Positions 46,722 to 58,019 are shown, numbered from the stretch's first letter. The stretch is DNA of 64,000 nucleotides from Candidatus Cloacimonadales bacterium (GCA_963662585.1 OY759729.1:128001-192000); one strand, 5' to 3'. Made by a program: numbers and translations. Notes: a model not told the origin generated them from the letters alone.

Positions 46722-46973
46722 TTTTCCTCCAATATTATATATTTTTATTGAAATTCATATTTTTATTTTAATTTTTAATATCTTATACTTAATATTAACA
46801 ATATTTATCCCTTTCTTAAAGATAATTTTCTTTTAAGAATTATTTTTCTAAATCTCTCAGATTAGTCAACTATCTTTTTAAAAATCTTAAAAAAAGATAA
46901 ATTTTAACTAGTTTTTAATATTAAATCTACTTTTAACAGTCTAGTATAAATCGCTGAAAGCACTAAATTTTAT

Positions 46974-48500
46974 TTAGTGTCTAAAGTGTCTAGTATGAGT
47001 CATAACCATAGCGATATTATGTTCATTACAGGCTTCTATCACTTCAGGATCGCCTTTTGAACCACCTGGCTGAATAACTGCTCTTACTCCATATTTAACT
47101 AATTGATCTATAGAATCTCTAAAGGGGAAAAAACCATCTGAGGCACAGATAGAGTTAGTTAATGAGAGCTCAAACTTATCAGCTTTAGAGATAGCTATTT
47201 CAGTAGAATCAATTCTGCTAGTCTGTCCGATACCTAGTCCTAGTGTTCTATCATTAGAAGTAAAGGCTACAGCATTGGACTTAAGAGAAGCAACACAGTT
47301 CCAACCAAATTTTAAAGCTTCCCACTCTGCTTCTGTAGGTTGTCTCTTTGTTGCTACTTCCCATTGTTCAGGAGTATCTCTATCAATATCAGCATCTTGG
47401 GATAGATATCCGTTCATACAAGAGACAAGAGTAAATTTATCTTTAAGTTTTAAGACTTCATTTTTAGCAAAAGTTAATAATCTTCTATTTTTCTTTTTTT
47501 GTAAGAATTCTAAAACTCCCTCTTCATATTCAGGAGCTAATATAATTTCAGTAAAGATCTTGTTTATTTCTTTAGCACAATCCAAGTCTAAAGCTTTATT
47601 AACAATAACAATTCCCCCGAATGGAGAGAGAGTATCTGTGGCAAAAGCTTTTTGATAAGCCTGACTAAGATTATCGCCAGTAGCTATACCACAGGGATTA
47701 GTATGTTTAAAAATAGCGACAGTTGCTTTTTCTTCAAACTTAATAATAGTTTTGAGAGCAGAATCAATATCTAACAAATTGTTATAAGATAATTGTTTAC
47801 CATGAATTAATTCGACACATTTACCATCTTGATAGAAGCTAGCTCTTTGATGGGGGTTTTCGCCATATCTGAGAGTCTCTTCTAATGGAGTAGAAATATT
47901 CAACTGGGAATGATCATTATTAATTTTCATAAAATAGTTAGCAATTGTAGCATCATAGTCAGCTGTGTGCATAAAAGCTTTTTGAGCTAAATAGTTTCTG
48001 AACTGCCCTGCATCTTCCCCACTTTCTAAGACTTCAATAGTTTTTGTATAATCTGCTTGATCAGTAATAACAAAAACAGAGTTATAATTCTTTGCTGCTG
48101 AGCGGATAAGGGTTGGACCACCAATATCAATATTTTCAATTAACTCTTCATGAGTAGAATTAGGCTTTTCTAGAGTCTTTTTAAAAGGGTATAGATTAAC
48201 GCAAACAATATCAATAAGTTCAATGCCTAATTCTTCTGCTTCTTGTAGGTGGTCAGGAACTTCTCTATTAGCTAGAATTCCTCCATGAATGAAAGGATTA
48301 AGTGTTTTAACTCTTCCATCCATGATTTCAGGGAAGTTAGTAATATCAGACACATGAATTACTTCAACCCCATTTTCAGCTAAATACTTAGCAGTTCCAC
48401 CACTGGATATAATTTCATAATCCAGCTCTCTTAATTTCTTAGCGAAAGGTAAAACATTAGTCTTGTCCGAAAGGCTTATCAGTGCTCTCTTGGTCATCAT
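46974..48500 (-). CDS. purH: Bifunctional AICAR transformylase/IMP cyclohydrolase
   Basis: RALISLSDK, GRVKTL, IDIGGP, LRYGENPHQ, KHTNPCG, SDGFFPF.D, RHFRH. Confidence 0.96.
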   Translation of the reverse strand: MMTKRALISLSDKTNVLPFAKKLRELDYEIISSGGTAKYLAENGVEVIHVSDITNFPEIMDGRVKTLNPFIHGGILANREVPDHLQEAEELGIELIDIVCVNLYPFKKTLEKPNSTHEELIENIDIGGPTLIRSAAKNYNSVFVITDQADYTKTIEVLESGEDAGQFRNYLAQKAFMHTADYDATIANYFMKINNDHSQLNISTPLEETLRYGENPHQRASFYQDGKCVELIHGKQLSYNNLLDIDSALKTIIKFEEKATVAIFKHTNPCGIATGDNLSQAYQKAFATDTLSPFGGIVIVNKALDLDCAKEINKIFTEIILAPEYEEGVLEFLQKKKNRRLLTFAKNEVLKLKDKFTLVSCMNGYLSQDADIDRDTPEQWEVATKRQPTEAEWEALKFGWNCVASLKSNAVAFTSNDRTLGLGIGQTSRIDSTEIAISKADKFELSLTNSICASDGFFPFRDSIDQLVKYGVRAVIQPGGSKGDPEVIEACNEHNIAMVMTHTRHFRH

Positions 48501-49584
48501 TTTCTCCATTATCTTTATTCTTTTTAATTATAGTTGATTGTAATACATCTAAGATTGCTTCAAATTGTTTTTCTTTCAAGTTACACCTTAGATTTGAGTA
48601 TTCTTTAGAATCAATAAGAATTCTCATATCTAACTGTAGTTGATGAAATTTCTGATTTGGAATAACTTCCAATTTTTCACCAGCAGATGATTTTCTAAAC
48701 ATAGATATTATCAGGATACCGCAGAGAATTAATAACCAATTAAGGTATAGCCATAATACGGTAACAGGAATGGTGGTCAAGACTCCATAATCGGAGTTAA
48801 ATTTTAGTGAGTTTCGCACATAGATATCGAAAGCAAATTTGGCAATATACCAAGCTAAGGTAATAATTAAAGTACCTTTTAAAAGATCATTTTTACTTAT
48901 TCTTATACTTGGCATAAAAAGATAAAGAACAATCAGTAAGGTAAATTGAATTATTAGAGGTATAAAGTAAGCCAGTATTTTAGCAAAGGTAGAAATAACA
49001 GGAATATCTTGAATAACCGATGCTGAAACAAGGGTAAAGATGAGTAACATTATCACAAAGCCAAAGAAGATTGAACCGATAAATTTGGTTAGCTTAGTAA
49101 AAATATCAATCTTTTGAGTTTGATGAATATCTAATATTCTATCGAATGTTTTATTTAATATATTGAACATAGAAAAAGAACCTACTCCCACGAACAAGAA
49201 AGAGTAGATATTCAAACTTACTTTTTTATTAAGAGCGAGTTCAATTATTTCTTTTACTTTAGCTGCAGTTTCCGGAATAAAATTATCTAAAATCTTGCTA
49301 ATATAGAGTCCTTTATCAACATCTAGTATATTAGGCAAAACCAATAAAGCGAAAGATAACATGGGAATTATAGCCACCATGGAAATAAAGGTTAAATTAG
49401 CAGCTTCCTTCATTAAACCTTCAGCAAAGATTTTTAAGACAAAAAGCCTAGAGGTCTTAAAAGATTTAACTAAGCCATTGAAGGTTTTATTAGTGTTATT
49501 CTTTATTGACTCACTATCAAAATGCTTAACAAGAAATGCTTTAAGCCATTTGATAATTCTATTCACAGAAATTTTATGTTTCAT
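48457..49584 (-). CDS. YihY/BrkB-family inner membrane protein
   Basis: AA.LTF.S..A.IP, multiple TM helices, YG.L..IP..VLWLY.NW. Confidence 0.85.
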   Translation of the reverse strand: MKHKISVNRIIKWLKAFLVKHFDSESIKNNTNKTFNGLVKSFKTSRLFVLKIFAEGLMKEAANLTFISMVAIIPMLSFALLVLPNILDVDKGLYISKILDNFIPETAAKVKEIIELALNKKVSLNIYSFLFVGVGSFSMFNILNKTFDRILDIHQTQKIDIFTKLTKFIGSIFFGFVIMLLIFTLVSASVIQDIPVISTFAKILAYFIPLIIQFTLLIVLYLFMPSIRISKNDLLKGTLIITLAWYIAKFAFDIYVRNSLKFNSDYGVLTTIPVTVLWLYLNWLLILCGILIISMFRKSSAGEKLEVIPNQKFHQLQLDMRILIDSKEYSNLRCNLKEKQFEAILDVLQSTIIKKNKDNGENDDQESTDKPFGQD

Positions 49585-49586
49585 AA

Positions 49587-50816
49587 TTATTCTGTTCTAA
49601 GAGCTGTTACAGGATTTAAAGAACAGGCTTTCCAAGAAGGAATAATTCCAAAAACTAAACCTACCCCAGAAGACATTAAGAGAGCAATTATTACTAACTG
49701 AGGAGTAATTGCTATTTTCACATTTACATATCCAGCAACAAGATCAGCTAAGCCCATTCCGACAAATAAGCCAATAATACCACCAAGAGTTGTTATAAAA
49801 ACTGTTTGAATTAAAAATTGGAGAAAAATATCCATCTTGGAACCACCAATTGACATCCTTACTCCTATTTCCCTTGTTTTTTCTTTAATTGTAGCTAGCA
49901 TTATATTCATTATCACAATGCCACCCACTATCAAAGAGATTGCTGAAATAAAATAGAAAATTATATTGAACTTAGAAGATTGTTTTAATATTTCTTCTCT
50001 TTGTTCTAAATTAGAACTAGTTCTATAAACAGGTTTGTTGTTGAATTGAGCATTAAGTGTCTTTTCCACTTTTGCCCTAACTGATTCGGTAAGTGATTCA
50101 TCTATAGTTTTAAGATTAAAGCTTGATATCTCTTGCCAAGCAGGGTTCATTTTCAGAGAAGTTTGTACAGGAATAAGAACCATATCGTTTTTCCAATCCA
50201 GCCAGTTTCTTTGTCCCATATCTGATTGTCCCATAAATTCACGATATTCTAAAATCCCTATAACAGTAACAAAATCTTTACCAACTTGAATTTGTTTTCC
50301 TAAAGGATCTATACTTCCAAAGAGATTTTTTCTAGCATTTGTTCCTATTAAGGCTACCTGGTTTCTATTTTTATAATCAAAATCAGTGAAAGGTCTCCCC
50401 TCTTGAACGCTCCATTCTTCTAATTTGAAGAAATTTTCATCTACGGCTCGATACCAAGGTGCTATATCATTCTTTCCATACTTAATTTTAGAAGGCCAAA
50501 CATTGAGATTTAAATCTATCAAATCAATTCCTTGAATAGGCCTAAGCAAATCAATTATTTCATCATAATCAAATGATTTTTTTCTACTAGTTGCTTGATT
50601 ATACTCCCAATTCATATAGACATCTATCTTTTTAAATCCACCTGATTCTTCAATCCATTCTGTAGTCTGTTTAATACTACCTTGCACAATACTCATTACG
50701 ATTATAATAGATGCTGTGCCGAGAATTATACCCATAACAGTAACCATTGTTCTAATCTTTTTAGCCCAAAAATCTTGCAGGCTTTGATTTACTACTTCTT
50801 TAAAGGATATCGCCAT
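49587..50816 (-). CDS. ABC transporter permease (MacB/FtsX-like)
   Basis: RT.VT.MGI.LG, periplasmic GR.F...D, SLIVGGI.IMNIM...KE.TREIGVR.SIG, FG..P..KA..LNPV.ALR.E. Confidence 0.9.
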   Translation of the reverse strand: MAISFKEVVNQSLQDFWAKKIRTMVTVMGIILGTASIIIVMSIVQGSIKQTTEWIEESGGFKKIDVYMNWEYNQATSRKKSFDYDEIIDLLRPIQGIDLIDLNLNVWPSKIKYGKNDIAPWYRAVDENFFKLEEWSVQEGRPFTDFDYKNRNQVALIGTNARKNLFGSIDPLGKQIQVGKDFVTVIGILEYREFMGQSDMGQRNWLDWKNDMVLIPVQTSLKMNPAWQEISSFNLKTIDESLTESVRAKVEKTLNAQFNNKPVYRTSSNLEQREEILKQSSKFNIIFYFISAISLIVGGIVIMNIMLATIKEKTREIGVRMSIGGSKMDIFLQFLIQTVFITTLGGIIGLFVGMGLADLVAGYVNVKIAITPQLVIIALLMSSGVGLVFGIIPSWKACSLNPVTALRTE

Positions 50817-51480
50817 TATGAATCTTCCCATCTACGATAGTTATAACCCTATCAGCTTTGTCAGCTATTGACTTATCGTGAGTAACAACAATTACAGTAT
50901 TCCCCTGCTTGTGAAGTTCTGAAAATATTGACATAATATCAGAACCTGAAGTTGAATCTAGGTTTCCGGTAGGTTCATCAGCCAGAATTATAGAAGGGCT
51001 ATTCACAATTGCTCTAGCAATGGCCACTCTTTGTCTTTGTCCGCCTGATAATTCAGATGGTTTATGTTTTAGCCTATCACCTAAACCAACAGATTTTAAT
51101 ACTTCAATCGCTCTATTTTCTCTTTGGCTTCCATTTACACCTCCGTAAAGAAGGGGAAGTTCGACATTCTTTTGAATATTTATATGAGGTAGCAGATTAA
51201 AAGTTTGAAAAACGAATCCTATTTTCTTATTTCTAATTTTGGCTAATTTTGCTTTACTGAGTTTTTCCACATTTATCCCATCTAGAGTATAACTCCCTTT
51301 AGATGGAGAATCTAAACATCCGAGAATATGCATCAAAGTTGATTTACCTGAACCTGAAGGCCCAATAATAGCAACAAACTCACCTTGCTTAATACTAATA
51401 TCAACTCCTTGCAGAGCATTAACTTCTACTTTACCCATATTATATGTTTTAATAAGATTTTCAGTTTGAATTATTTCCAT
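50800..51480 (-). CDS. ABC transporter ATP-binding protein (LolD/MacB-like)
   Basis: GPSGSGKST, GFVFQ.FNL, LSGGQRQRVAIARA, ADEPTGNLD, VTHD. Confidence 0.93.
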   Translation of the reverse strand: MEIIQTENLIKTYNMGKVEVNALQGVDISIKQGEFVAIIGPSGSGKSTLMHILGCLDSPSKGSYTLDGINVEKLSKAKLAKIRNKKIGFVFQTFNLLPHINIQKNVELPLLYGGVNGSQRENRAIEVLKSVGLGDRLKHKPSELSGGQRQRVAIARAIVNSPSIILADEPTGNLDSTSGSDIMSIFSELHKQGNTVIVVTHDKSIADKADRVITIVDGKIHNGDIL

Positions 51481-51492
51481 GTTTTCCTACAG

Positions 51493-53220
51493 TTAATTAT
51501 TTTGATTTATCATTAATATCTGCCTAACTTGAGCTGCAAAGCTACTATTAGGGTATTGTGTTAAAAAATTTCGTGCCATATCTTTGGCATTTTGAGAATT
51601 CTCATCTTCTAAAAGAACTAATTGCAAAGCTGCGAAATCATGACAGAATCTATCATTGTAATTATAAGTAAGCAACTCTCGCGTTCTCATTAAATTATTA
51701 TTAGCTTTATTTAACATAGCATTTCTAATCCTAAAATACTCATTTTGTGTTGATTTAAAAATCTCTTGATAAAGTGAATCAGCCTCTTCAGTTAAATTTA
51801 GTTTTTCACTTCGATAAGCGTCAAGAAAAAGATTTTTATCTTTTGCACTTAGTGCTTTTAGGATATATTTCAATTCTAACATTTCTATAGTTAAATCAGA
51901 TTCAGGTGCTTGAATAATTAACTCTGTAGCAAGCGAATCAGCTTGAGCTCCACCCTGAAAAGTTTCATATAGATAGTAGTTAAAAAAGTAATTCTCTTTA
52001 TAACCATAACGGCCTAACTCATCCAGAATTTTCTTGGCCTGGGGGTACTCTTGCTTTAAGATTTTATAATAACTAAACTTGGCTTTAACAATTTGTTTTT
52101 GATTACTAGTGAAAGCATAATCTTCAGCTTTTTCTAAGAAGAATTCATATTTATCAGACAGCTTTCTGTTGCGATTAACTATCTCAGCCTTCAATAAGTA
52201 AGTTTCAAACAGAGCATTCCTTTTGTATTTATCATTAAAGTCGCCCTCGATAATATTGTTTAACAAAGAATCAGCTTCAGCAAAAGTTCCACTCTCAACC
52301 ATCATTCTTGCAAAATCAAGAGTACTATTAACGACAAGATTCAAGTCATCTTCTTTTTCCAAAGTTTTTTCAAATAATAACTTACTAATATGATACTTTT
52401 TTAATCTTCCAAACTGGATTGCCTTAGTTCGAATATCTTTAGCTTCATATTTATCTAATATAGCAAAAGCAGTTTCTTCTCTTCCTGTATTTAATAAAGC
52501 ATCTACAAAAGCATTTACTATTGATGATGAAGCATTATTTTTAGGAATTTGGATCTTATCGCTATCAGTACCAAAATACTCGATAAGAGTTAGGATAGAA
52601 TCTGGAGATTCAGTTATTATCCGTCTAATCTTATACTCAGATTGACTTTTATTACCGATATTATTTTCGATAGCTATTAAGTAATATCGTATAGCGCTAT
52701 CAAAGTTTCTTTCAAAGTAGTAGGATTCTGCAATATCATAAGCAAACTGATTAGGATATAGTCTATCTCCAGCTTGGAATATTTCAGAAGCTTGAGGATA
52801 GGCACGATATCTCTGAAGTAAAGAACCCAGAGCTTTGTATTCAGATTGACTGTTATTATCTTTTAAATATTCTTGAGTTTTAGCTAAAGCAAGTTCATAG
52901 TTTTTTTCTATTAACAGGAAAGTAATTTGATATTGGATCTTTTTTGAGACTGGTAATAAATCACCTTTAGCTTGTAAAAGTTCAGCTCCTTCTTTTCCTT
53001 TATTACTGCTCACGAAGTAATCTAATGAAGCCGTAATCACATCAAGATCTTTAGGAAATTTGTTTAGAGCTTCTTGATAGAGTTCTTCTGCTAAGGAATA
53101 TTTTCTCACTTTTATCATATCTGAAGCATTTTTCAAGAGAATCTTTTTCTCATCATATTGAGCAAACAAGCTAGTGCTGAGAATCATAAATATCAATATC
53201 AGAATTAATTTATATTTCAT
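51493..53220 (-). CDS. Exported TPR-repeat protein
   Basis: Signal peptide; helical A..Y repeats; C-terminal FL.QYP.S.FA. Confidence 0.8.
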   Translation of the reverse strand: MKYKLILILIFMILSTSLFAQYDEKKILLKNASDMIKVRKYSLAEELYQEALNKFPKDLDVITASLDYFVSSNKGKEGAELLQAKGDLLPVSKKIQYQITFLLIEKNYELALAKTQEYLKDNNSQSEYKALGSLLQRYRAYPQASEIFQAGDRLYPNQFAYDIAESYYFERNFDSAIRYYLIAIENNIGNKSQSEYKIRRIITESPDSILTLIEYFGTDSDKIQIPKNNASSSIVNAFVDALLNTGREETAFAILDKYEAKDIRTKAIQFGRLKKYHISKLLFEKTLEKEDDLNLVVNSTLDFARMMVESGTFAEADSLLNNIIEGDFNDKYKRNALFETYLLKAEIVNRNRKLSDKYEFFLEKAEDYAFTSNQKQIVKAKFSYYKILKQEYPQAKKILDELGRYGYKENYFFNYYLYETFQGGAQADSLATELIIQAPESDLTIEMLELKYILKALSAKDKNLFLDAYRSEKLNLTEEADSLYQEIFKSTQNEYFRIRNAMLNKANNNLMRTRELLTYNYNDRFCHDFAALQLVLLEDENSQNAKDMARNFLTQYPNSSFAAQVRQILMINQNN

Positions 53221-53221
53221 A

Positions 53222-56200
53222 TTAGTTCCTATTTAGTCTTTTTAGATATTCAAGAATTATCTTCTGATACTCTTTGGAATAATTTCTATATTCCTCTTCA
53301 AGTAAAGCATTATTCTCCAGTTCCTTAAATCTCATTTCGATGTCTTCAGGAGTCTCCCATAATTTATCTTCAGCTTCTTGGCCTTTTCTCTTCTGGCTCT
53401 GGTCTTTTTTATTAATAGATTTAGTAGCTTCTAACATTCTGGAAAGAATATTCTCTTGTTGCTTCAAAAGCTCTTGATCCATCTTATTGAAACGGAGTTT
53501 ATTAGAAACACTTTCAAGCTCTTCAACAAGTCGGTCTAAACCGGCAGCTTGTTTTTGGGCCTGAGGATTAGTTTGAATCATTCTTTTAATATTCTCAGCT
53601 AATCTATTTTCATCAGCTGACATCTGTCTCATCTGACCTCTCATCTCATTAGAAAGTTGAGGTTTCCCCTCACCTAACTGTTGCATCATTTGTTGAGCTA
53701 ACATATTCATTGCCATTTGTTGCTGACCCATCTGTTGCATCTGTTTCATAAAGTCTTGCATTCCGCCAGAACCACCACCCTGCTGATTACTATCGTCTAA
53801 AAGTAGAGAGAAGACCATAGAGTTTAGTCCGGATTGTATCTCTGTCATATTATTCTTAGCAGTATAGACTTTATTATCTCCAATATCTTGGAATAGTTTA
53901 TTATAGCCTGACATAGTATTTGATAAATCAAGCATAAATTTAGGGTTTAAAGATAACATTACTTCAGGAACTGAGAAAAATTTACGCAGAGAAATATTAA
54001 GCATTTCATGTTGAGTTATCAGCTTTTCAAAAATCATAAATGGATCTGATTCCATCTCAACAAATAAATCTCTATGTCCTCCTGTAAAGAACAATAATTC
54101 TTTGATTAAAGTATCTTTTGCCTCTTCAGCCTCTTTACTCTTGATACTGTTCATCATACTTTGCATACTTAACATCGCTTGAGCCATTTGGTCCATCTTA
54201 GAAAGCATTTGTTCTTGAGAGCTCTTAGTTTCGCTACTCTCATTATTCTGCATCTGTTGTGAGATATTATCCATTTGATGAGCCATTTGCTCCATATCAA
54301 CCTCACTCTGCATCTTACTGAGCTCATCCTTTACTGCTTTATCGGAAGGTGAGTTTAGCATATCTGAAAGTTTCTTCATCTCTTCTTGAATATCTGCTAA
54401 TTTATCTTTTATATCTTCTTGTTCTTTAGCTAAATCAGCTCCATCTTTACTGGCATCGCTCTTTTCTAGCAAGGCTTCTTGCATCTCTTTCATTTCTTGA
54501 GTAAGACCAAGTAGTTTTTCCAAACTCTGATTTTTCTTTAATTGTTCTAGCATCTTGAGAGTCTGTTCTAACTTATCATTAAACTCTTCCATAGAGAATT
54601 TCATTTCTTCTAAAGCTTGTTTAAAATCTTCTTTAGTTAGTTCAGACATCTGATCTTTCATTTTCTTCATCAGCTCTTGCATTTCAGAAGAGTTTATATC
54701 TTCCATTAGTTCTTTTATCTTCTCCATCTTCTGCAAGGTCTCTTGAGTTAGAGCTTCATTCTTAGTAGCTTCTTGAATCATCTCTTGCATCTTTTCAATA
54801 GATTTTTCTACATTCTGAGAAAGTTCTTCCTGTTGAGAAAGCATATTATTGACTTCTTCTTTATCCTGCCACTCTAACTCATCTTTCTTCAGCAATTCTC
54901 TTCGCTTCTTTTCAAACTCTTCTTGTAATACTTCAGACTCCTTTAAGGTCTTATTCATTAGTTCATTTTGCTGATTTTCTACCATTTCCATATCTTGAAA
55001 AATCTCTTGTAAAGTTGGTAATCTTAGGGTAACTTTATCACTCTCAACCCTATGCTTTTTGCCTAAGTTATCCTCAATTGAAGCCCAGAAAGTAACTTCA
55101 TCACCAGGGAACATCTTATACTTAGAAATATCTAACTGCATGGAGTAATTATAAATTTTGTTATTTATAGTAGCAAAAAGTAAAGTATCCACTGTAATAG
55201 TAGAGTTAAGTTGATAATACAGCTTAAGATTTTGTAAGCCATAATCATCACTAAGTTTGATAGTAAGAGGAATGATTTGATTTTTATCCATTTTCCCTTT
55301 AGGAGGATAATCAGCTAGAAGAATCTCAGGCTTTAAGTCTGGTATAACTGTTATGCTTTTCTGCGGAGAAGTATATTCATCATCATAATTATTGATAATT
55401 TTAATTTGATAGTTGTTAGAATTTTTGAGTATAAAATTAAAAAGTGTTACCTTAGATCCAGCATTTTCTCCTTTTAGAGAACTAGCATCAGGATAGATCA
55501 TCCAAGCATCTTTTACAAGACTATTAGTAGTTACTAAGAGCTTTATTTTTGTCCCTTCAAGAGCACTTATATTTCCCAACATTAGAGTATCTTCTTCCGA
55601 CTCTAGTCTGCTATAAGCAGGGTATTCATAGATAACTTTTATCTCATTAACTGCTATGCGATCATAGACAGTAATCTTATGAATATCTGTCTTAAAGTGT
55701 TGATTAGAAAGATAATATTCAAGAGAGTAATCTAATCTTTCCAGAATATAGCTATCAGAAGTTAAAGGGATATTGCGCCATTTCTCTTCTCTTTTAAGAC
55801 TAATCTGATATTCAAATTGGGGATTATAATTCAATATTTTAATTTCAACATCTTGGTTGGTAACCAGTGTAGTATCTCCAGGAGTAAATTGAATAGTGTA
55901 ATCAAGCTCTTGTCTTGGCATTGAATTTAAATAGAAACTCTGCCAAGTAGCCTTAAAATTCCCTATAAACAGGGTAACTAAGATTATATTTCCAATTAAG
56001 AGGAATAAGTAAAAAGCTAGGTACTTCTTAGGGATTAATGAAGGATATAGCAAAGTAGTTGAATCTACTTTTTGATCACTTCGCTCGATAATCTTCTTAA
56101 TAAAGGGATTTGCTTTATCTTCGCTTTCAGCATTAACTAGTTCTAAGCTTGAAAGAAAAGTATCATCTTTATCTTGATTAATTTCATCAATTAATTTTGC

Positions 56201-56452
56201 CGCTTTATGATTATTAAGAAAACGCTCTTTGGCAGTAAAGATTATGTAGATAATTAATAAAGCCCCTGTTACCCTGAGAGTTAAGGCTGTATAAAATAAT
56301 TCTAATTGATGACCCTCTACCAAGTTGTAGGCAACATTAAATATCTGGAAAAGAGTTAATATCAGAAGTATAACCTCTAACGCTAACCTACCACCTAAGA
56401 TATTGTTATATCTCTTTTTGTAATCTTCAATAAGTTTTTGAAATCTATGCAT
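53222..56452 (-). CDS. DUF4175-like membrane-anchored Ig/coiled-coil protein
   Basis: N-terminal TMs, Y.YP.Y...G.I.ALEGT, DDYGL, PGD....W....DN, long Q/E/M coiled coil, IL.RMLEA..S, final Y...I.EY.KRL. Confidence 0.75.
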   Translation of the reverse strand: MHRFQKLIEDYKKRYNNILGGRLALEVILLILTLFQIFNVAYNLVEGHQLELFYTALTLRVTGALLIIYIIFTAKERFLNNHKAAKLIDEINQDKDDTFLSSLELVNAESEDKANPFIKKIIERSDQKVDSTTLLYPSLIPKKYLAFYLFLLIGNIILVTLFIGNFKATWQSFYLNSMPRQELDYTIQFTPGDTTLVTNQDVEIKILNYNPQFEYQISLKREEKWRNIPLTSDSYILERLDYSLEYYLSNQHFKTDIHKITVYDRIAVNEIKVIYEYPAYSRLESEEDTLMLGNISALEGTKIKLLVTTNSLVKDAWMIYPDASSLKGENAGSKVTLFNFILKNSNNYQIKIINNYDDEYTSPQKSITVIPDLKPEILLADYPPKGKMDKNQIIPLTIKLSDDYGLQNLKLYYQLNSTITVDTLLFATINNKIYNYSMQLDISKYKMFPGDEVTFWASIEDNLGKKHRVESDKVTLRLPTLQEIFQDMEMVENQQNELMNKTLKESEVLQEEFEKKRRELLKKDELEWQDKEEVNNMLSQQEELSQNVEKSIEKMQEMIQEATKNEALTQETLQKMEKIKELMEDINSSEMQELMKKMKDQMSELTKEDFKQALEEMKFSMEEFNDKLEQTLKMLEQLKKNQSLEKLLGLTQEMKEMQEALLEKSDASKDGADLAKEQEDIKDKLADIQEEMKKLSDMLNSPSDKAVKDELSKMQSEVDMEQMAHQMDNISQQMQNNESSETKSSQEQMLSKMDQMAQAMLSMQSMMNSIKSKEAEEAKDTLIKELLFFTGGHRDLFVEMESDPFMIFEKLITQHEMLNISLRKFFSVPEVMLSLNPKFMLDLSNTMSGYNKLFQDIGDNKVYTAKNNMTEIQSGLNSMVFSLLLDDSNQQGGGSGGMQDFMKQMQQMGQQQMAMNMLAQQMMQQLGEGKPQLSNEMRGQMRQMSADENRLAENIKRMIQTNPQAQKQAAGLDRLVEELESVSNKLRFNKMDQELLKQQENILSRMLEATKSINKKDQSQKRKGQEAEDKLWETPEDIEMRFKELENNALLEEEYRNYSKEYQKIILEYLKRLNRN

Positions 56453-56535
56453 TACAACCCTTTATTATTTTTTATCATTAACATTTAGATAGATAATTCC
56501 GTCAAGTTTTTATGTAAGATATTGATAATTAATTT

Positions 56536-57423
56536 CTAACTAGTTAAACTAGTAAAGAGAAAAAGACTTCCTAAAAGAATCAAAAGCGAAGAACCAATGA
56601 TTGTCATAACTCGAGAAATTCTCTTTATATTTCCTTGATTGGCAAGAGTTAAGGTAGCCATCGACTTTACGAATAGGGTAAGACTATTCAAGGCAATTAG
56701 CGTAAATGCCATTCCCAAAGCCATTGCTAAAACCATTAGTAGCCCAGTGGAATAAACACCCATTTTCATAGCATAAACGGCGATTATTATAGAACCTGGA
56801 CAGGGAACAAATCCAATCATAATAGCAGTAACAAAGAGATTCCTTCCTTGATGAGTATGCTTTTGCTCTTCTGTCTTGCTAAATATCGCTTTAAGTAATA
56901 TAAAGAAACCCAATCCAATCAGAATCACAAAAGATATATTCTGGGCTATTATTGAGAACTTAGCTGATTCCCTAAATAGACTCATACTCATTACTTTTAA
57001 AATTGCTACTAAAGTTAAACCTGAAAGAGAGTGTAAAAAAGCAAAGACTAAACTCGAAGCTATTATTGCACCATACTTGACCTCTGAGCCTAGTACTTGA
57101 CTTACCAAAAACACTTTACCGTGTCCAGGTCCTATCGAATGAACTATTCCGTACAAAAAAGCAATTCCCAAGGCTATAAAAAGAACTTTCTTACTTCTGT
57201 TACTCTTAAATTCTCTTAGAGTCTTTGAAATATTCTGCCTTAAATCTCTCTGTTGTTCTGTATTCTTTTCTAAAAAGCTCTTTTCACTAACCTGCTGAGT
57301 TACTTGCTTTTCTTCTCCTACTTGAGTTTCTAGATCTCTTCTAGTGTTGAACTCTCGACTAAACTGCCCTGATAGGGATATAATAAAAAATAGTAGTGCT
57401 AATAGAAATAATCTCTTCATCAA
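56536..57423 (-). CDS. Nickel/cobalt transporter (RcnA/NiCoT-like)
   Basis: YG.VHSIGPGHGK, GFVPCPGS, MALGMA.T. Confidence 0.88.
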   Translation of the reverse strand: MMKRLFLLALLFFIISLSGQFSREFNTRRDLETQVGEEKQVTQQVSEKSFLEKNTEQQRDLRQNISKTLREFKSNRSKKVLFIALGIAFLYGIVHSIGPGHGKVFLVSQVLGSEVKYGAIIASSLVFAFLHSLSGLTLVAILKVMSMSLFRESAKFSIIAQNISFVILIGLGFFILLKAIFSKTEEQKHTHQGRNLFVTAIMIGFVPCPGSIIIAVYAMKMGVYSTGLLMVLAMALGMAFTLIALNSLTLFVKSMATLTLANQGNIKRISRVMTIIGSSLLILLGSLFLFTSLTS

Positions 57424-58019
57424 TTATCCTTATTCAAAGTTAACTTAACTTCTAAAGGACTCAACTGTCCTAAATAATAAGATTTTTCTTTATTCTCATA
57501 GACTTCCAAAGAATAGTTAATATCATCTGTTTTGATAACTTTTAAACCAGAATCAGCATTTACGAAAAACTTTGTATAAAATTCTCTGTCATATACATTA
57601 ACTTTGATTACTTCTTGTGATTCAGTAAAATTAAAAGGAACCTTAATATCAAACTTGTAATAGACATATATATCATCTGTTCCAACTGTAAAATTATAGA
57701 TCTCATCCATAATAATAAGCTTATCATTTATAACTAAATCTGTGTAAAAGCGTTTTTCCTTCAATCCTGGAATTACACAAGATTTAAGCTCTTCTAATTC
57801 GCTAGGACAAATTACTTCATCACAATTTGAATCAAAATCCTCTAAGATAATCATACTAGTTAAATCATCAAACATCCACCTCTGTCTTATAACTAAAGTA
57901 TCTTGTTTGGTTAAGTCATAATCTATATCTACCCCAGCAAATAAATGTGGATGGGCTAGCAATATGCCATTTATGCTTAATAATAATATTAATAATATAC
58001 TCTTCTTAAATATTTTCAT
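57420..58019 (-). CDS. DUF1007-family exported protein
   Basis: Signal peptide followed by AHPH, W.FDD..S, EF-hand-like D.NCD, YD.EFY; usual partner of RcnA-like transporters. Confidence 0.85.
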   Translation of the reverse strand: MKIFKKSILLILLLSINGILLAHPHLFAGVDIDYDLTKQDTLVIRQRWMFDDLTSMIILEDFDSNCDEVICPSELEELKSCVIPGLKEKRFYTDLVINDKLIIMDEIYNFTVGTDDIYVYYKFDIKVPFNFTESQEVIKVNVYDREFYTKFFVNADSGLKVIKTDDINYSLEVYENKEKSYYLGQLSPLEVKLTLNKDN

